A DNA stretch of 64,000 bases, taken from positions 1,309-65,308 of the forward strand of contig REED01000076.1 of assembly GCA_007695225.1 (NCBI GenBank). The letters run 5' to 3'. The stretch is from Gemmatimonadales bacterium (lineage in GTDB: Bacteria > Gemmatimonadota > Gemmatimonadetes > Longimicrobiales > Gaopeijiaceae). The notes under the pieces were generated by a model, which ran no database searches, was not told the origin of the DNA, and saw nothing but the letters and a program-made list of their open reading frames with translations. Positions 61,379 to 64,000 of this stretch are shown here, in pieces. Position 1 is the stretch's first letter; the number at the start of each line of letters is the position of its first letter. A program made the position numbers and the translations under genes.

Positions 61379-62729
61379 ACCTCAGAGAGGTGTAGAAGGA
61401 GAGCAGTGTCTGGATCCCCTTCTCCAGATGGGCCTCGGGGAACCACTCGTCCGGAGCGTGCATATTGGAGCCTGGGAGGGCAAACCCCAGCAGGACAGCG
61501 GGTGCGCCCAGGATCCGCTCGAACTCCGGGACGATGGGGATGGACCCCCCCTCGCCGGTGAGGACGGGCTCCACGCCGAAGGTGGCTTCGAGGGCCTCCC
61601 GGGCTGCTTCGAAGAAGGGCCCACCGGGGCGGGCCCGCCAGGGATGTCCGCTGTGAAGCTCCTCCACTTCCACGGATACGTGGGGGGAGGCCACCTGGGC
61701 CACATGATCCCGGAGGAGGGCCACCACCCGCTTCGGATCCTGGTCCGGCACCAGGCGAAAGCTCACCTTGGCCATGGCCTCTGAAGGAAGGACCGTCTTC
61801 GCCCCCTCTCCGGTGTAGCCCGAGAGGAGTCCGTTCACCTCGCAGGTGGGGCGGACCCAGAGTTGCTCCAGGGGGGTCCACCCGGTCTCGCCGTGGAGAC
61901 CGGGAGCCCCGACCCCCTCCCGGAATGCCTCCGGTGAAAACGGAAGGGTTCGGATCCCCTCCAGCGTCTCCTCATCCCATTCCACCACGTCGTCATAGAA
62001 GCCGGGGATCTGGATGCGTCCCCCTGCGTCGTGCAGGGAGGCCAGGATCCGAGCCAACTCGGTGGCCGGGTTGGGAACCGCTCCCCCGTAGGCCCCGGAA
62101 TGCAGGTCCGAACGGGGTCCCCGAACCCGGATCTCGGTGTAGGCCAGCCCCCGAAGGGAGAAAAGGAGGGAGGGAAGCCCCTCGGCAAACATGGCGGAGT
62201 CGGAAATGATCACGGCGTCGGCCGCCAGACGTTCCCGATGGCGCTCCACGAAGGGAAGCAGATGGGGAGACCCGATCTCTTCCTCTCCTTCGGCCAGGAA
62301 GATCACGTTCACCGGGAGGGGACCCTGGGAAAGTAGGATCTCAAGGGCAGCCACGTGGAGGAAGACCTGTCCCTTGTCGTCGGCCACCCCGCGGGCGTAG
62401 ATCCGACCGTCCCGAACCGAGGGCTCGAAGGGAGGGGCGGTCCAGAGTTCCAGTGGCTCGGCAGGCTGGACATCGTAGTGCCCGTAGATGAGAAGGGTGG
62501 GAGCCTCGGGGCCGGCCTCTTGCCATTCCCCCAGGACCACCGGGTGCCCAGGGGTTTCCAGGATTTCTGCCGCCATTCCGGCCCGCTCCAGGCGGTCCCT
62601 GAGCCATACCGCTGCCGCCCGTGTGTCGTCCTTGTGCTCCCTACGGGCGCTGATGGACGGGATGCGGAGAAACTCGAAAAGCTCCTCCCGGAGGCGGGGG
62701 AGGAGCGGGGAGAGGGAAGGATGGGACAT
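61374..62729 (-). CDS. M20-family metallopeptidase (dipeptidase/ArgE-DapE-CPG2 family)
   Basis: LLIYGHYDVQPAEPLELWTAPPFEP...GRIYARGVADDKGQ and FLAEGEEEIGS are the M20 metal-ligand motifs. 451 aa. Confidence 0.88.
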   Translation of the reverse strand: MSHPSLSPLLPRLREELFEFLRIPSISARREHKDDTRAAAVWLRDRLERAGMAAEILETPGHPVVLGEWQEAGPEAPTLLIYGHYDVQPAEPLELWTAPPFEPSVRDGRIYARGVADDKGQVFLHVAALEILLSQGPLPVNVIFLAEGEEEIGSPHLLPFVERHRERLAADAVIISDSAMFAEGLPSLLFSLRGLAYTEIRVRGPRSDLHSGAYGGAVPNPATELARILASLHDAGGRIQIPGFYDDVVEWDEETLEGIRTLPFSPEAFREGVGAPGLHGETGWTPLEQLWVRPTCEVNGLLSGYTGEGAKTVLPSEAMAKVSFRLVPDQDPKRVVALLRDHVAQVASPHVSVEVEELHSGHPWRARPGGPFFEAAREALEATFGVEPVLTGEGGSIPIVPEFERILGAPAVLLGFALPGSNMHAPDEWFPEAHLEKGIQTLLSFYTSLRS

Positions 62730-62954
62730 CTGGGGAAGGCCCTCGGAAAGTGGACAGAAGGAAATTCAGGGCCCCACGCAGGGGTCAAGCGTTTGTACAG
62801 CGTAGGAGCCACGGCGACGGTAGCAACAGCGCGAGTGGCTGCCCTCCGTCATTGGCGCTCCTGCCCGCTGCACATAGCATCCCGTCGGCAGGCCGCCATC
62901 GACCTGAGCGTATGGCGATCCCAACGGGCCCCCGAGTTCCTCGTCTGCTCCTTC

Positions 62955-63233
62955 TCAGGCCATGGTGCGTATTCCCCAGCGGTAGATGCCGGAGAGGAGC
63001 GCACTGAGAAAGATGGCTCCGGCAAACCCACCGATGCTCAGGGCCCGGGGGTCGAGGAAGTGGAAGAGGCCCACGCCCAGCATTCCTCCGATCACCGCTC
63101 CGAAGGCGCCGAAGACAGCCAGGAGGGTGGCGTGTCCCGGGCGCTCGCCGGACTGCTTTATCAGCACCTTCATGGAGAGGCCCACCAGGGCCCCCAATAC
63201 GATCCAGATCCCGATACCGATCCAGTTCTCCAT
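62955..63233 (-). CDS. GlsB/YeaQ/YmgE-family (transglycosylase-associated) small membrane protein
   Basis: MENWIGIGIWIVLGALVGLSMKVL...LLAVFGAFGAVIGGMLG...GGFAGAIFLSALL is a three-TM Gly-rich pattern typical of the family. Start at ATG 63233. Confidence 0.8.
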   Translation of the reverse strand: MENWIGIGIWIVLGALVGLSMKVLIKQSGERPGHATLLAVFGAFGAVIGGMLGVGLFHFLDPRALSIGGFAGAIFLSALLSGIYRWGIRTMA

Positions 63234-63294
63234 AGAACTCCTGCCCGATCCGGCCAAAGTCGAGGATTGCGAAACGATGTAAACGACCCGTTCG

Positions 63295-63367
63295 AGAGCC
63301 TGTCCGAGGATGGGCGGGCCGCATTCGGAGCGGCGTGGGGCCCCGCCCGATCACAAGGACAGGCTCT
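63295..63367. other. nested inverted repeats in the pspA-to-glsB spacer
   Basis: The outer 11-bp stem is AGAGCCTGTCC (63295-63305) with GGACAGGCTCT (63357-63367). It encloses an inner GGGCGGG...CCCGCCC stem. Confidence 0.5.
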
Positions 63368-63438
63368 TAAGGTCCGGAAATCTATCCACGGAGGTCGACT
63401 CCGGCCACCCCGAAAGAGGAACCGGGCCTGACCCTCTC

Positions 63439-64000
63439 CTACTCCAGGGCCATGCGCCGCTTCAGTTCGGCGAGGCGGGCATCCAAATCCGCCTCCGAGG
63501 GGGGGGGCGCGCCCCGGCGCTCGGCCCCGGACGTCCCCGTGCGGTCCGACATGGAACCGGAGGGTCCCCGGGCATCGGGTGGGGGGTCCGGGTGCTCGTC
63601 GAGTCCCAACTCGGTCATGACCTCCGCCGCCTCGGCCTGGGACTCCATGTCCTGGATCTTCTCTTCCATACGATTCAACTGGGCGAATAGGTCATCGGCT
63701 GCCCGGATCCTCTCCCGTGCCCCCGTCCTACCCGCCGCAGCCGACATGCCTTCCTGGCGGACACGGGCCTCCTTGAGCTGGGTCATCATGTCCTCCAGCT
63801 CCTCCCCCCGATCTTGGACCTCACGCTCCAGGACCAACGCCTTCTCGTCCAGGACTGCCTTGCGGCGGAGATGACGAAGGGCGAACTGACGGGCCACCTC
63901 CTGGGTCTCCGAATCGCCGATTCTCCGGGCCATTTCCTCCCGGCGGACACAGGTACGGGCCAGCTCTTCCTCTCGCCTCGCCTCACTCCGGACCTCCCCG
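63439..64000 (-). CDS. pspA: PspA/IM30-family protein, 5' end beyond the window edge
   Basis: Coiled-coil sequence typical of PspA (LRHLRRKAVLDEKALVLEREVQD..., LFAQLNRMEEKIQDMESQAEA). The frame stays open upstream of the ATG at 63933 to the window end (…GEVRSEARREEELARTCVRREE-M), so the true start is probably outside the window. Confidence 0.8.
   Translation of the reverse strand, partial: GEVRSEARREEELARTCVRREEMARRIGDSETQEVARQFALRHLRRKAVLDEKALVLEREVQDRGEELEDMMTQLKEARVRQEGMSAAAGRTGARERIRAADDLFAQLNRMEEKIQDMESQAEAAEVMTELGLDEHPDPPPDARGPSGSMSDRTGTSGAERRGAPPPSEADLDARLAELKRRMALE

Overview
The window is very GC-rich and almost entirely coding, with about 50 recognisable genes. It looks like a core chromosomal region of a diderm bacterium: lipoproteins, an Omp85-family protein, TatA and ExbB are all present. 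A Gemmatimonadota-like origin is my guess only, from overall protein flavour.

Main content, in order:
- a complete Alternative Complex III operon, actABCDEF (7.1-14.8 kb)
- a NatAB-like ABC-2 exporter
- an MscS operon
- a GAF-GGDEF protein with an IMPase-family gene
- TrmJ-like methyltransferase, an MFS transporter and tatA
- acyl-CoA dehydrogenase
- gcvH-gcvP-lipoate ligase
- a peptide-type ABC importer (binding protein plus two permeases, no ATPase genes)
- an orphan ExbB-like gene
- polA and a short ssb
- two paralogous sigma-70 factors
- an Omp85-family gene coupled to an unknown membrane protein
- maeB-pckA and an M24 peptidase
- an EVE-domain protein, a Cho-type GIY-YIG nuclease and an HD phosphohydrolase
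- rsgA
- a BtuFCD-like importer
- a flavin reductase, SpeE-like membrane protein and SbcD/SbcC-like fusion module
- orphan hyuA, trpE, an M20 peptidase, a GlsB-family protein and pspA (partial)

I recognised no rRNA, tRNA, CRISPR array, transposase or integrase.

The observations most worth a second look are:
1. An 819-aa single-chain SbcD(Mre11)-SbcC(Rad50)-like protein. It keeps a CxxC zinc hook, but its catalytic motifs look eroded.
2. A 109-bp tandem repeat carrying conserved GC hairpins upstream of tatA.
3. A 35-nt piece of that repeat that recurs 24 kb away at the EVE gene start. The substitution pattern is compatible with a tiny hydrophobic ORF.
4. A 14-bp x5 microsatellite that abuts the stop codon of the M20 peptidase gene.

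All calls come from reading the sequence and the ORF translations. No searches or computations were run, and start codons are best guesses. The many long antisense ORFs in the track are treated as high-GC artefacts.
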